DNA from: an uncultured virus (IMG/VR IMGVR_UViG_3300031772_000015)
Lineage: Duplodnaviria; Heunggongvirae; Uroviricota; Caudoviricetes
Length of the DNA: 64,000 nt
IMG/VR virus record: IMGVR_UViG_3300031772_000015
Reading direction: 5' to 3' (one strand)
In this document: positions 1 through 8,307 of the stretch, one piece after another
How positions within the stretch are numbered: position 1 is the stretch's first letter
How the letters are laid out: each line of letters opens with the position of its first letter
Notes under the pieces: generated by a model
What the model was told of the DNA's origin: nothing
The model's input: only the letters and a program-made list of their open reading frames with translations
Database searches by the model: none
Program-made: the position numbers and the translations under genes

Positions 1-392
1 TCATAGTTCTTCTGAAAGAACTCCTCTAGGACCGTTGTGTATGCCGTTGGACAATTCATCGCGCGATGTATCACGACCGCCCGTTCAGTCGCGTTAGTGC
101 GAACCTTCTCGACCCATTGCTGGTTGTAATCCACGGCAATAACTGCCCGGACCAACTTGCTCCACCATACCGTAGACGATCCACAACCAAACTCAAAAAC
201 CTTGAAGTCCGGCCGTATGATCCTCAACAACATCGACACCGCAGGATACGTGATCCAAGGTATTGGACCATTTGCATCCTGGGGTTCGCCTGATAACGAA
301 AGAAACCACCCCTTGCGCGCAAGGTAGTTCTTTGCCAGCCAAAATAGGCGGGTATCACAGAGACGTTGTTGAGCGTATTCATCAATGTTCAT
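1..392 (-). CDS. Class I SAM-dependent methyltransferase (sugar/small-molecule type), runs off the left edge
   Basis: Not in the ORF track. Manual translation from ATG at 392 gives MNIDEYAQQRL...PIPWITYPA...KVFEFGCGSSTVWW...VIAVDY, containing SAM-binding motif I (EFGCG). Confidence 0.75.
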   Translation of the reverse strand, partial: MNIDEYAQQRLCDTRLFWLAKNYLARKGWFLSLSGEPQDANGPIPWITYPAVSMLLRIIRPDFKVFEFGCGSSTVWWSKLVRAVIAVDYNQQWVEKVRTNATERAVVIHRAMNCPTAYTTVLEEFFQKNY

Positions 393-394
393 AG

Positions 395-465
395 TGGCGG
401 GTAGTGGACTCGAACCACTGTGAACGGCGTATGAGACCGTTGAGATGCCACTTCTCGAACCCGCT
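395..465 (-). tRNA. tRNA with CAT anticodon (Met; initiator-like 1:72 mismatch)
   Basis: Reverse complement folds as a cloverleaf: acceptor AGCGGGT/ACCCGCC, anticodon loop CTCATAC, T-arm GGTTCGAGTCC. CCA is not encoded. Confidence 0.85.
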
Positions 466-468
466 ATA

Positions 469-550
469 TGGGGCAGTAGGGAATCGAACCCTATTGGTCG
501 TGTGACCGGCGGGTTTACAGCCCGCTGCCCGTCCATCGAGCATCTACCCC
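469..550 (-). tRNA. tRNA-Tyr (GTA)
   Basis: Acceptor GGGGTAG/CTGCCCC, anticodon arm GCGGG-CTGTAAA-CCCGC, long variable arm, T-loop GTTCGATTC. Confidence 0.92.
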
Positions 551-613
551 ACGTCTCTCACCGTCGCCTACGCCACGGTGAGGGTACTGTGCCCACGCAT
601 GGTGGGTCAGCTA

Positions 614-1036
614 TTACTCTTCCTCGTCGTCGTCTTCGTCATAGTCGTCATCTTCATCTTCATCTTCATCTTCATCTTCGTCGTCCCAGTCGTCTTCGTC
701 TTCGTCTTCGTCCCAGTCGTCGTCGTCGTCGTCTTCGTCGTCGTCGTCGAAGTCTTCATCTTCATCGAGATCAAAGTCGTCGTGCTCTTCGGGCAGTTCG
801 GGATACTCAGGCATGGCGATTCTCCACGGGTTAATGGGTTGGATAACAGGTTTCAGTTTCAGAGTTTGTCGCTTCAAGCGTGTCTGCCACACGTTCAGAT
901 GATGTAACTCGTCATCGTCACGAGTCAAGTGTGTAGCCCGTTCCAATGCGGCAACGGCACAGACCATATCACCTGCCAATTCAGCAGCCTTGGCGGCTTG
1001 AAGAGCGTTAAGGTAGCGGGGGTTTTCATCCATCAT
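614..1036 (-). CDS. Hypothetical protein with a very long Asp/Glu tail
   Basis: Helical N-terminal domain followed by about 55 nearly pure D/E residues. Start overlaps the upstream stop (ATGA). Confidence 0.75.
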   Translation of the reverse strand: MMDENPRYLNALQAAKAAELAGDMVCAVAALERATHLTRDDDELHHLNVWQTRLKRQTLKLKPVIQPINPWRIAMPEYPELPEEHDDFDLDEDEDFDDDDEDDDDDDWDEDEDEDDWDDEDEDEDEDEDDDYDEDDDEEE

Positions 1037-1446
1037 GGCCTCGGTTTGCAATAAGGATTCACGATCACAAGTGGTCCTGGCCCCGTGTAATACGAATTAA
1101 GCCAGCGACGTGTGTAGGTTGCAGTCCGTTGGTTGCCATTACCGTAGTAATCACCGCTGTTGAACCTACCGTAACCATAGACACGACCATTGTAGCCGTT
1201 CCAGTTACGTTCTGTGATTGTCTCTGTGCCGAAAATATGCTGAGGTTCGGGCAACTTTTCTCGGCGCTTTTCCAGATCGACTTCCTGTTTCTTGTTGAAC
1301 TCGGTTGCCCATTGAAAGAATTGGGCGTCCGTCATACCGTGGACTTCGACCGGATATGTCACTGGCGGTGGCAATTGGTCACTGATCGTGACCTGCCCGA
1401 AACAAGGTGCCGTGACCAATAGAAGCAACACTAGCAATGTCTTCAT
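1033..1446 (-). CDS. Hypothetical secreted protein
   Basis: Signal peptide MKTLLVLLLLVTAPCFG; GGAG RBS upstream. Confidence 0.7.
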   Translation of the reverse strand: MKTLLVLLLLVTAPCFGQVTISDQLPPPVTYPVEVHGMTDAQFFQWATEFNKKQEVDLEKRREKLPEPQHIFGTETITERNWNGYNGRVYGYGRFNSGDYYGNGNQRTATYTRRWLNSYYTGPGPLVIVNPYCKPRP

Positions 1447-1485
1447 GGTGTCTCCTCGAAAACAAGTCTCCGCATGTCAGGCAAA

Positions 1486-1716
1486 CTACGCATACCGGCC
1501 TCCGGTGTATTGGTGCCATAGTCGATCCAGAGTTTCAGCAACATCACCAGTCGAATACATGACTGTTGCCTCAACGGACATGACCAAGGCATAGCACCAA
1601 ATACGTCCGCGCGCAATACAGGATGGTTGCAGAACATCAATGCGTGGTGGGCACGCATCCAAGACCTTTTCCTGTCCATCCAACACACCACCGATGAAAA
1701 GCGCACGATACTTCAT
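1486..1716 (-). CDS. Small hypothetical phage protein
   Basis: GGAG RBS and overlap with the neighbouring gene; begins with FIGGVLDG. Confidence 0.6.
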   Translation of the reverse strand: MKYRALFIGGVLDGQEKVLDACPPRIDVLQPSCIARGRIWCYALVMSVEATVMYSTGDVAETLDRLWHQYTGGRYA

Positions 1717-1910
1717 GTTTTCTCCGCAATCGTCAATGCCTCAATGAGACCACTAATGTTGAAACGTAACTCGTCAAAACTAGCCAATGAGATGCCACCG
1801 GGCGGCATCACAATACGAACCGAACCATCGGGGCTAGTAGCAAAATGAGTGATCTCAAATTGGCCTATCTTTTCACCGTCCCGCCAATGTTCAATTGTAT
1901 GTGACTTCAT
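1713..1910 (-). CDS. Small hypothetical protein
   Basis: AAGGTG RBS; tightly packed with neighbours. Confidence 0.55.
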   Translation of the reverse strand: MKSHTIEHWRDGEKIGQFEITHFATSPDGSVRIVMPPGGISLASFDELRFNISGLIEALTIAEKT

Positions 1911-1919
1911 GGTGACACC

Positions 1920-2093
1920 TTATAATTCTGGTTTTACCCCCATCGCACGCGCGGCGGCCAAACCTTGTCGAATGGCTTTCTTCTTCGCAGCCTCCCGACT
2001 TGCTTTGTTGCCGGGTACGTAAACATACTTGGCACCGTGGTTGCCCCACTGGTATGCCGGTTTGTTTCCCTTAGTCGTCGTGTGAACTGGCAT
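1920..2093 (-). CDS. Small basic hypothetical protein (57 aa)
   Basis: Below the ORF-track cutoff. Manual translation MPVHTTTKGNKPAYQWGNHGAKYVY...AAKKKAIRQGLAAARAMGVKPEL fills the gap between neighbouring genes. Confidence 0.6.
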   Translation of the reverse strand: MPVHTTTKGNKPAYQWGNHGAKYVYVPGNKASREAAKKKAIRQGLAAARAMGVKPEL

Positions 2094-2100
2094 TGGAATC

Positions 2101-2391
2101 TCACATGAACAAGTGAAGGATGCAACCCACCACCAGTACCCCTAGTGTCTCTTGAAAGATGGTTCCAAGCGACCGGGCTTCGCGTGTGTGGGCGGCAAAC
2201 AAATAGTTGAGCAGTACCGTCAGGCCAAGTGCCGGAGCAAGACCCAACGCCGGTAAACCGAACACAGGAACAATGAACCATCCCCACAAAACCGTGAGTA
2301 CGAAACCACGCATGAGGATGGCGGCCAGGAATATGGCCATGATGCCAATGACTGCTACACAATAAGCAGTCACACATTCTTTCGCCTTCAT
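2101..2391 (-). CDS. Small membrane protein
   Basis: Several hydrophobic segments; GGAG RBS. Confidence 0.65.
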   Translation of the reverse strand: MKAKECVTAYCVAVIGIMAIFLAAILMRGFVLTVLWGWFIVPVFGLPALGLAPALGLTVLLNYLFAAHTREARSLGTIFQETLGVLVVGCILHLFM

Positions 2392-2406
2392 AGGATTTCT
2401 CCAAGA

Positions 2407-3720
2407 TTAGGATTTCAACGGCCCAATGTCACGTCCGCCGTCAATCTTATAGCGGCGAGGACCGTTCTTCTCATTTTCGTGTCGCAGTTTGCAGTTCATC
2501 CGCCAAGTGATCCCGTGCTTCCCGTTGACGCCATGAATCCACTGTGATGGTTCCCGATACCCGGACAATGAATTGTAGGCGAAGGCATCGGTGCCTACCC
2601 ATGATCCATTAACCAGCAATTCGCCATCCACATCCGCCAACGTACTTGACGCATGGTGGTGTCCCATGACAAAGTAACGACAACGTTGAGCACCGGCTGC
2701 TGCACCCAATGCAATCAAACCCTTTTGCCGTCGAACCATTCCGTACCAGGGAATGGAATTATTCGAGCGAACATCGTCCCCATGTGAAATGTTGAAACCG
2801 ACGCCATTGATGTTGACATTGGCGCTCCACGCATCAGGAATACTGAAATTGATATTCGCAATCTCCCGGCAATGCAACTTGGCGACCTCAGCCACAAGAT
2901 AGTCCCAGTTGTCTTGTGCCCCGCCGTAATCTTTCTTCGGCGTCCGTCGCCCGTGATTGCCTGCCAGATACAGGATGTTGACCTGCTCGAAGTGAGGAGC
3001 CAAGTCACGTAACATCAAAGCATGGAGTTGGCCGATGGCCAGGCAGTTCTTGAATTGGTTGCGATAGTAAGACCGCTCGCACGCCTTGTGGATTTCACCG
3101 CTGGTGTAGTCGCCGTAGGCTAGCACCCAGAGTACCGGGAAGTAGAACTTGGGCACGAGGGTATCCTGTGTCCACTCGACCACAGTATCCACGTACCGTT
3201 CGGCACGCGCGCAACTGATCGGAAAGTTGTACTCTTCCAAGCCGCCTACTTCCTCGGGCCGCACGACTTGATCGTGGTGGCCGTCGCTCAGGTGCATGAC
3301 GACATGTTCGGTAATCTGCGCTTTGCGACGAAAATCCAATGCAGTCGGCAAGGCTGCAAATGGTTTAATCCGTTGTCCCATCTCAGTGGTGATGGCCTTG
3401 AACAACCCGGCAATCTTCGCCCCCGCCTTAACCTTCTGCCGTTCGCGGTTGCGCTCGTCAGTCAAGTGAACGATCTCGGCTTCCAATTCCATGACCTTGG
3501 CATCAGTTGGGTCAAAGTCAGGAATTGGTTTATGTTGCCCGCCTGCGGACTTCGGTGTCGGCTGCCCATCCGGCCATGCGATGTCTTTGTGAACACGCCC
3601 TGTCGCAATATCTGAAATGATGGACCGGCTGACACCAAATTGTTTGGCGATTTCCGGTTGGGGTATCTTGCCTATCTGCACCTTGATCTGTGTAACCTGC
3701 TCGTTGCTAAGTTTCTTCAT
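2407..3720 (-). CDS. N-terminal HTH fused to a calcineurin-like metallophosphoesterase
   Basis: HTH (EIAKQFGVSRSIISDI) plus phosphoesterase motifs SDGH, GD, GNHG, SHG and GHHH. Confidence 0.85.
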   Translation of the reverse strand: MKKLSNEQVTQIKVQIGKIPQPEIAKQFGVSRSIISDIATGRVHKDIAWPDGQPTPKSAGGQHKPIPDFDPTDAKVMELEAEIVHLTDERNRERQKVKAGAKIAGLFKAITTEMGQRIKPFAALPTALDFRRKAQITEHVVMHLSDGHHDQVVRPEEVGGLEEYNFPISCARAERYVDTVVEWTQDTLVPKFYFPVLWVLAYGDYTSGEIHKACERSYYRNQFKNCLAIGQLHALMLRDLAPHFEQVNILYLAGNHGRRTPKKDYGGAQDNWDYLVAEVAKLHCREIANINFSIPDAWSANVNINGVGFNISHGDDVRSNNSIPWYGMVRRQKGLIALGAAAGAQRCRYFVMGHHHASSTLADVDGELLVNGSWVGTDAFAYNSLSGYREPSQWIHGVNGKHGITWRMNCKLRHENEKNGPRRYKIDGGRDIGPLKS

Positions 3721-3759
3721 CCGTTCATCTCCTAGTCTATGGCCCAGGGATCAAGGGGC

Positions 3760-4602
3760 TTATCCTTGGCATCCGGGTTTTGTTTGGCTTTCCGTCGATT
3801 CTGACGGCGCACCAATTTCTTGTACCAACGTTTCAGCGTTGGTGCATCGAGCATCTGCGCCGTTCGTTTCCAACTGTTGGACTTGCTGAGTCGCCCCATT
3901 GCACCGTCCCTCCGCAAGTATTGCAGTTGCCACTTCGATCTCACAACCCTGAAACCGTCGCCCCAGTCGCAAGGCAGCCACTCCCGTTGTCCCCATTCCT
4001 GCAAACGGGTCCACTACTAGGTCGCCCGGATTCGAGTGGGTCGCCACCAGCCGGGTCATAAGTGGGTCCGGCTTCTGACACGATCTCTCAGGCCGGAACA
4101 ATTCAGTAATATCCGTCCAAACATTAGAGACTCGCTTGTACTCAGACTTGGCCGGGTACTTCGGATTGAAACCCGCATAGCCACGCTTCTCGGCTAGGTA
4201 GGGAATGTTGAAGGTCCATTGATCCGAGCAAGTGTACCACAGAATTTCCTCACGGCAAAAGAGGTAATCACGTTGTTTACCGTATGCCCGACGTTTGCCC
4301 CAAGTAATCCAGTTGCGATACGTGTAGAGACTTTCAAGCCGCTGCATCAGATTCAACAGCGGATGTGCGCCGTGTTTCCCGATGCCCCCAAAGAACACCA
4401 GGCTCCCCGTGTCTTTGAGACAAGAGTGAGCCGCTTGAAAGACGCCAAAGAGCCAGTCCACAAACTCGTCCGCCGTGCGCCATTGATTATCCCATTCATC
4501 TTTGACGATGCCAAAGAAGGGCGGGTCTGTCAAGAACAAGTCTACAGACTTCTCCGGCAGACCCCGTAAAAACGTCAAAGCATCAGTTGGGACAATGTGC
4601 AT
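3760..4602 (-). CDS. DNA N6-adenine/N4-cytosine methyltransferase (beta class)
   Basis: Catalytic DPPF precedes the SAM motif DPFAGMGTT; QKP motif present. Confidence 0.9.
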   Translation of the reverse strand: MHIVPTDALTFLRGLPEKSVDLFLTDPPFFGIVKDEWDNQWRTADEFVDWLFGVFQAAHSCLKDTGSLVFFGGIGKHGAHPLLNLMQRLESLYTYRNWITWGKRRAYGKQRDYLFCREEILWYTCSDQWTFNIPYLAEKRGYAGFNPKYPAKSEYKRVSNVWTDITELFRPERSCQKPDPLMTRLVATHSNPGDLVVDPFAGMGTTGVAALRLGRRFQGCEIEVATAILAEGRCNGATQQVQQLETNGADARCTNAETLVQEIGAPSESTESQTKPGCQG

Positions 4603-4616
4603 GACAATCTCCGCGT

Positions 4617-4651
4617 GCCGGGCGGGGAGTGGCGTAAACTCCCCGCCCGGC
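4617..4651. terminator. GC-rich stem-loop downstream of the protease gene
   Basis: gccgggcggggagt / actccccgcccggc perfect inverted repeat. Confidence 0.5.
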
Positions 4652-4662
4652 CCAACAGGGGT

Positions 4663-5610
4663 TTAGCGAATGAATTGCTTGACCCAGTTGATGGCATTGT
4701 CGAAGTTGAACGGCGGCTTGAAAGCCGGAGCACCCGGTTCCTCCCCGCCACCCGAGGCGCGTTGTGGATAGCCACCCGGCGATGAACCTTCATCCTCGAC
4801 CGGAATCGCGTCAATCTCTTTCATCGTTGGCATCTCAACGGTCGGATTGATGGCCCACTCCATCTTCGCGTCCCTGGCAAACGTATGGATGCGCCGCACA
4901 GGGACGATGAAGTTGAAACCTTGCAACTGCATCACACCTTGCGTCAACATGCCGACATAGGCACCGTCTGCCTTCAAGAACATGCCGCCGCCAGACGACC
5001 CAGGGAAAGCAACCGCCGTCACTTGATCGAAAACCTTGACATTGGCACCCTTCATCGGGAGCATACGACCCGTCTGGCTCAAGACGCCGGTGGTATAGCT
5101 ATTGGCCCCGAATTGACCGAGGAGACTACCGCAATGGCTCAACTCGATACCGATAGGCGGGATGTAGTTGATGTCTTGCTGGAACTTGGCACAGATGGAA
5201 AGGGGATAGGCGCTCTTGCAACGAACCATCAATACGGCCAAGTCTTCGCCGTAATCAGCACCGCTGACTTTAACCACCTTGCAAGCATACTTGACCTCGC
5301 CAACCGCGCGGCCGTTCTGTTGTCGCTCTTGAACGATTTCAGCGTCTTTGTATTCAATGAGAATCTTCGGAGTACCTGTAGACGAAATCACCGTCCGCGT
5401 AGTGCGGAGACCGTCAACGACGTGGCCCGCCGTCCAGACGAAGGTAATGGTTTCATCGCCAACCTTCCGAGTGACAAGTGTACCCGAACCTTGGGCACGA
5501 TCAGCCTTAATCGTGACACTGACGGCTTGCAAGTCATCAGGGACACCAGCCAGCGCCGCCGTGGGAACGGCAAGAGCGATCAGAATAAGAACCAACAACA
5601 CGTACTTCAT
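4663..5610 (-). CDS. Secreted trypsin-like serine protease
   Basis: Signal peptide; catalytic triad motifs TAGHV, DLAVL and GSSGGG. Confidence 0.88.
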   Translation of the reverse strand: MKYVLLVLILIALAVPTAALAGVPDDLQAVSVTIKADRAQGSGTLVTRKVGDETITFVWTAGHVVDGLRTTRTVISSTGTPKILIEYKDAEIVQERQQNGRAVGEVKYACKVVKVSGADYGEDLAVLMVRCKSAYPLSICAKFQQDINYIPPIGIELSHCGSLLGQFGANSYTTGVLSQTGRMLPMKGANVKVFDQVTAVAFPGSSGGGMFLKADGAYVGMLTQGVMQLQGFNFIVPVRRIHTFARDAKMEWAINPTVEMPTMKEIDAIPVEDEGSSPGGYPQRASGGGEEPGAPAFKPPFNFDNAINWVKQFIR

Positions 5611-5638
5611 TGTTTGGACTCCACATGAAAAGAGTAAG

Positions 5639-5941
5639 TTACCGAAGCAACAAATTAAGGGGTGAGGTACAATCCTCCTCCACCGACACGTCTACCATAC
5701 TTTCATACTCAGGTTGAAAGCGACAAACCAAAGCCCAACACACGTCCCCAGCAGGATCATCGTTATCGTCTTCTTCTCGTAGATACGAGAGAATGAAATC
5801 GTATAACGTATCCGCATCGGGCGTTTGGACTTCCACGTCGGTCACTGTCCCATCATCCAAAAGCATCTTGAGGTAGGCACCTGTAAGGCGGCGTCCCCAG
5901 TGGCCTCTGGCTAGAACAATGTGTAACCGAATAACTCTCAC
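5639..5941 (-). CDS. Hypothetical protein
   Basis: GGAGG RBS; overlaps the helicase stop. Confidence 0.55.
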   Translation of the reverse strand: MRVIRLHIVLARGHWGRRLTGAYLKMLLDDGTVTDVEVQTPDADTLYDFILSYLREEDDNDDPAGDVCWALVCRFQPEYESMVDVSVEEDCTSPLNLLLR

Positions 5942-7896
5942 GTTGCCTCCATGACTACTAATTCGCCATCTTCACTGGAATCCATCCAATTAACATCCGC
6001 CATGATTTCGCCCATCGTCATCAACTCCAACTTTCGATTCTCCCGGATCACCTGCAAGACGCGCTCATCGCTAGGCAAGTGAATCAAGTCAACGATGGTA
6101 CAACCCTTGTTCAAGTCCATTCCGATTCGGTGAATCCGATCCTCAGATTGAACCCGGTATTCGGGTTTCCAACTATTGGACCAGTACACCGACATCCTAG
6201 CCTCGACCAACGTGAGACTCATGCCGCCGGATTCCGGGTTTGCTGCGAACACCACGCGAGGATGGTCCATATTCGCCCAATAATCCAATGGTTCCTCAAC
6301 GGTATTCACACCTTCATCCGTGAGCACTTGGAAGTTGCCCTGGTCACACCGCACAACATTCCATTTATCCTTGAGGCAAAGTCGCACGATGCGGTCAACG
6401 GACCCTGTAAAGCCAGCAAAAACTACAAGCCGCCCAACTTCCTCATTCTCGTCAAGCAACATCCTGAGAGCGGCATCCTTCGGGCATGGAACTTCACGGG
6501 TGACCCGAATCATCTTCACTACTTCCTTCGTGCCACCACACGTCGGGCAAGTGATCGACTGCTTTTGCAGTCGAGCAATGGTATCCGGGTCAAGAAGGTC
6601 GATGGCCTGATAAGTACGTTCGGGTGAGTCAGGATCACTCCACTCCGCAATCGTGCCATCAGTACATTGCCGACACGCCACCATACCGTCTTGCTCTTCA
6701 CGATATTGAAACCCATCGCTCAATTCTCGCAGAAGCGTCATGCCGGTGATAGCGTTCGGAGCCGATTGCACGATGGCTTCGGCAACACGCAATGCACTGG
6801 CAGTCGGTTTGCAAACAATCTTGCGGTAGCGCTTATCAGGCAAGCTGAGGCAATCTTTCTTATGTTTAACGATGACCAAGCCTTTGAGGCGGTCATTCAA
6901 GTACGCCACTTCGTTCTTGCTTGGCTTGTAGGCGTGGTAATCTTCGGGGTCTGCGCACTCGTCGAGTTGGTGTGGACCTTCGGCTTCCAATTCGCCGCAC
7001 TCCGCGCACTTCTTTTCGTCATCCTTCCAGCCAGTACGTTTCTTGAAGGTGCCAGAATCATAGGATTGCTGGACCATGAAAGCCATGCGCTCTTCCATCG
7101 CCCGTTGGCTGCCTTCTCGAAGAAAACCAGGCCAGGCAATTTCACATTGGCTCCACCAGTCCACGGGTGTCTTCGGTGACGGCGTTCCCGACATCTCAAT
7201 CACGTAACCCTTGAAGCCATGATGCTGCCGAATCAAGTCTGCAAGACGTTGGCACGCACGCGAACGTTGCGATGTGCTATTCTTGGTTCGGCTTGATTCA
7301 TCCTCGATAAAACCCAATGGCGGAATGGCGTCGGGTGCCCACTCGTCCATAACGCGAACAAGACCTTCATAGGTGAAGAACTCCACCTGAATCCGGTCGA
7401 AGGGAAACTGCCATTTCTTCAATTCACGTTTGATATTCGGGATACTGGTCTTCGGCCCGGCCCACCACCACACTGGAATCCCCGACCGTTCCATGACCTC
7501 TTGGGCCGAAAGTGTCTTGCCGGTGCCCATCTCGGCCGCAAAGATTTGATAGTGATAGGTGAGACCGCTGTCCGACATATCGCACTGGTGCGGCATCAAC
7601 GGACGTTCGTACTCATGCTGGATCAACGGCCGGTCGAACCAAGCATAGACATCCTCACCACATAGGAACGCGAGTTGGAAGTTGTTGCGCTGGCAGTCAT
7701 CAACCGACCACATCTTGCGCGGGTCTTCCTCGTCATAGCCGTGCCATTTCGAGCCGCGCATGGCCTTGATCTCGTCCTTCAAGGCGAAAGGAGACTTGAC
7801 GAAGAAAATACGACCGTCCTTTCGCTCAATCAAAGCAGGCACCCGAACTAGGGTGCCGCTCGACGTGCGGACGGTCATTTTGATATTCTCAATCAT
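5938..7896 (-). CDS. SNF2-like superfamily 2 helicase with Zn-ribbon inserts
   Basis: Motifs EMGTGKT, DES, SGTP, GGMSLTL and QSEDRIHRIG; CxxC inserts. Likely start MIENIK at 7896 (GGAG RBS). Confidence 0.88.
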   Translation of the reverse strand: MIENIKMTVRTSSGTLVRVPALIERKDGRIFFVKSPFALKDEIKAMRGSKWHGYDEEDPRKMWSVDDCQRNNFQLAFLCGEDVYAWFDRPLIQHEYERPLMPHQCDMSDSGLTYHYQIFAAEMGTGKTLSAQEVMERSGIPVWWWAGPKTSIPNIKRELKKWQFPFDRIQVEFFTYEGLVRVMDEWAPDAIPPLGFIEDESSRTKNSTSQRSRACQRLADLIRQHHGFKGYVIEMSGTPSPKTPVDWWSQCEIAWPGFLREGSQRAMEERMAFMVQQSYDSGTFKKRTGWKDDEKKCAECGELEAEGPHQLDECADPEDYHAYKPSKNEVAYLNDRLKGLVIVKHKKDCLSLPDKRYRKIVCKPTASALRVAEAIVQSAPNAITGMTLLRELSDGFQYREEQDGMVACRQCTDGTIAEWSDPDSPERTYQAIDLLDPDTIARLQKQSITCPTCGGTKEVVKMIRVTREVPCPKDAALRMLLDENEEVGRLVVFAGFTGSVDRIVRLCLKDKWNVVRCDQGNFQVLTDEGVNTVEEPLDYWANMDHPRVVFAANPESGGMSLTLVEARMSVYWSNSWKPEYRVQSEDRIHRIGMDLNKGCTIVDLIHLPSDERVLQVIRENRKLELMTMGEIMADVNWMDSSEDGELVVMEAT

Positions 7897-7952
7897 CCGG
7901 TATCTCCCACACACCTAAGCGATATTCAAGCACCTTTGGACCATGAATTTCC

Positions 7953-8129
7953 CTAAATCTCGTCCTTTTCGATCCAATCCGCCACCATCATCAAGACGTA
8001 TGCCTCGGGCGGCGTTCGGGTCATCGCTCGTTGCCGCAGTGCCGTTGCAAGCCGGATACGTTCGTTTACACGCTCGCTCTCAATTACCACCAACGGGGGT
8101 TCAATCAACAATGACATCGGAAACTGCAT
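7953..8129 (-). CDS. Small hypothetical protein
   Basis: MQFPMSLLIEP...VADWIEKDEI. The RS-rich N-terminal extension in the ORF track looks like an off-frame read of a repeat. Confidence 0.45.
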   Translation of the reverse strand: MQFPMSLLIEPPLVVIESERVNERIRLATALRQRAMTRTPPEAYVLMMVADWIEKDEI

Positions 8130-8142
8130 GACTGTATTCCAA

Positions 8143-8307
8143 TTATCTGTGTAGAGGCTCAGGTCGAGGTTCGGGCCGTGGCGACCGTGGCGGCCGTGGC
8201 GACCGTGGTTGCGGCTGCGGCTGCGGCTGCGGCTACGGCTGCGGCATGGACACGGGCGGTCGGCAACCAATAAGCAACAGTAAACTGGCGAGAATCAACT
8301 TTCGCAT
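8143..8307 (-). pseudogene. Pro/Gln/Arg-rich lipoprotein interrupted by an in-frame TAG
   Basis: AAGGA RBS; MRKLILASLLLLIGC lipobox; CCG-CAG repeats with one CCG-TAG (stop at 8233-8235). Confidence 0.55.

Noticed and set aside
445..907. Plus-strand Arg/His-rich and Val/Phe-rich ORFs
   Set aside because: Antisense shadows of the D/E tract and the tRNA genes.
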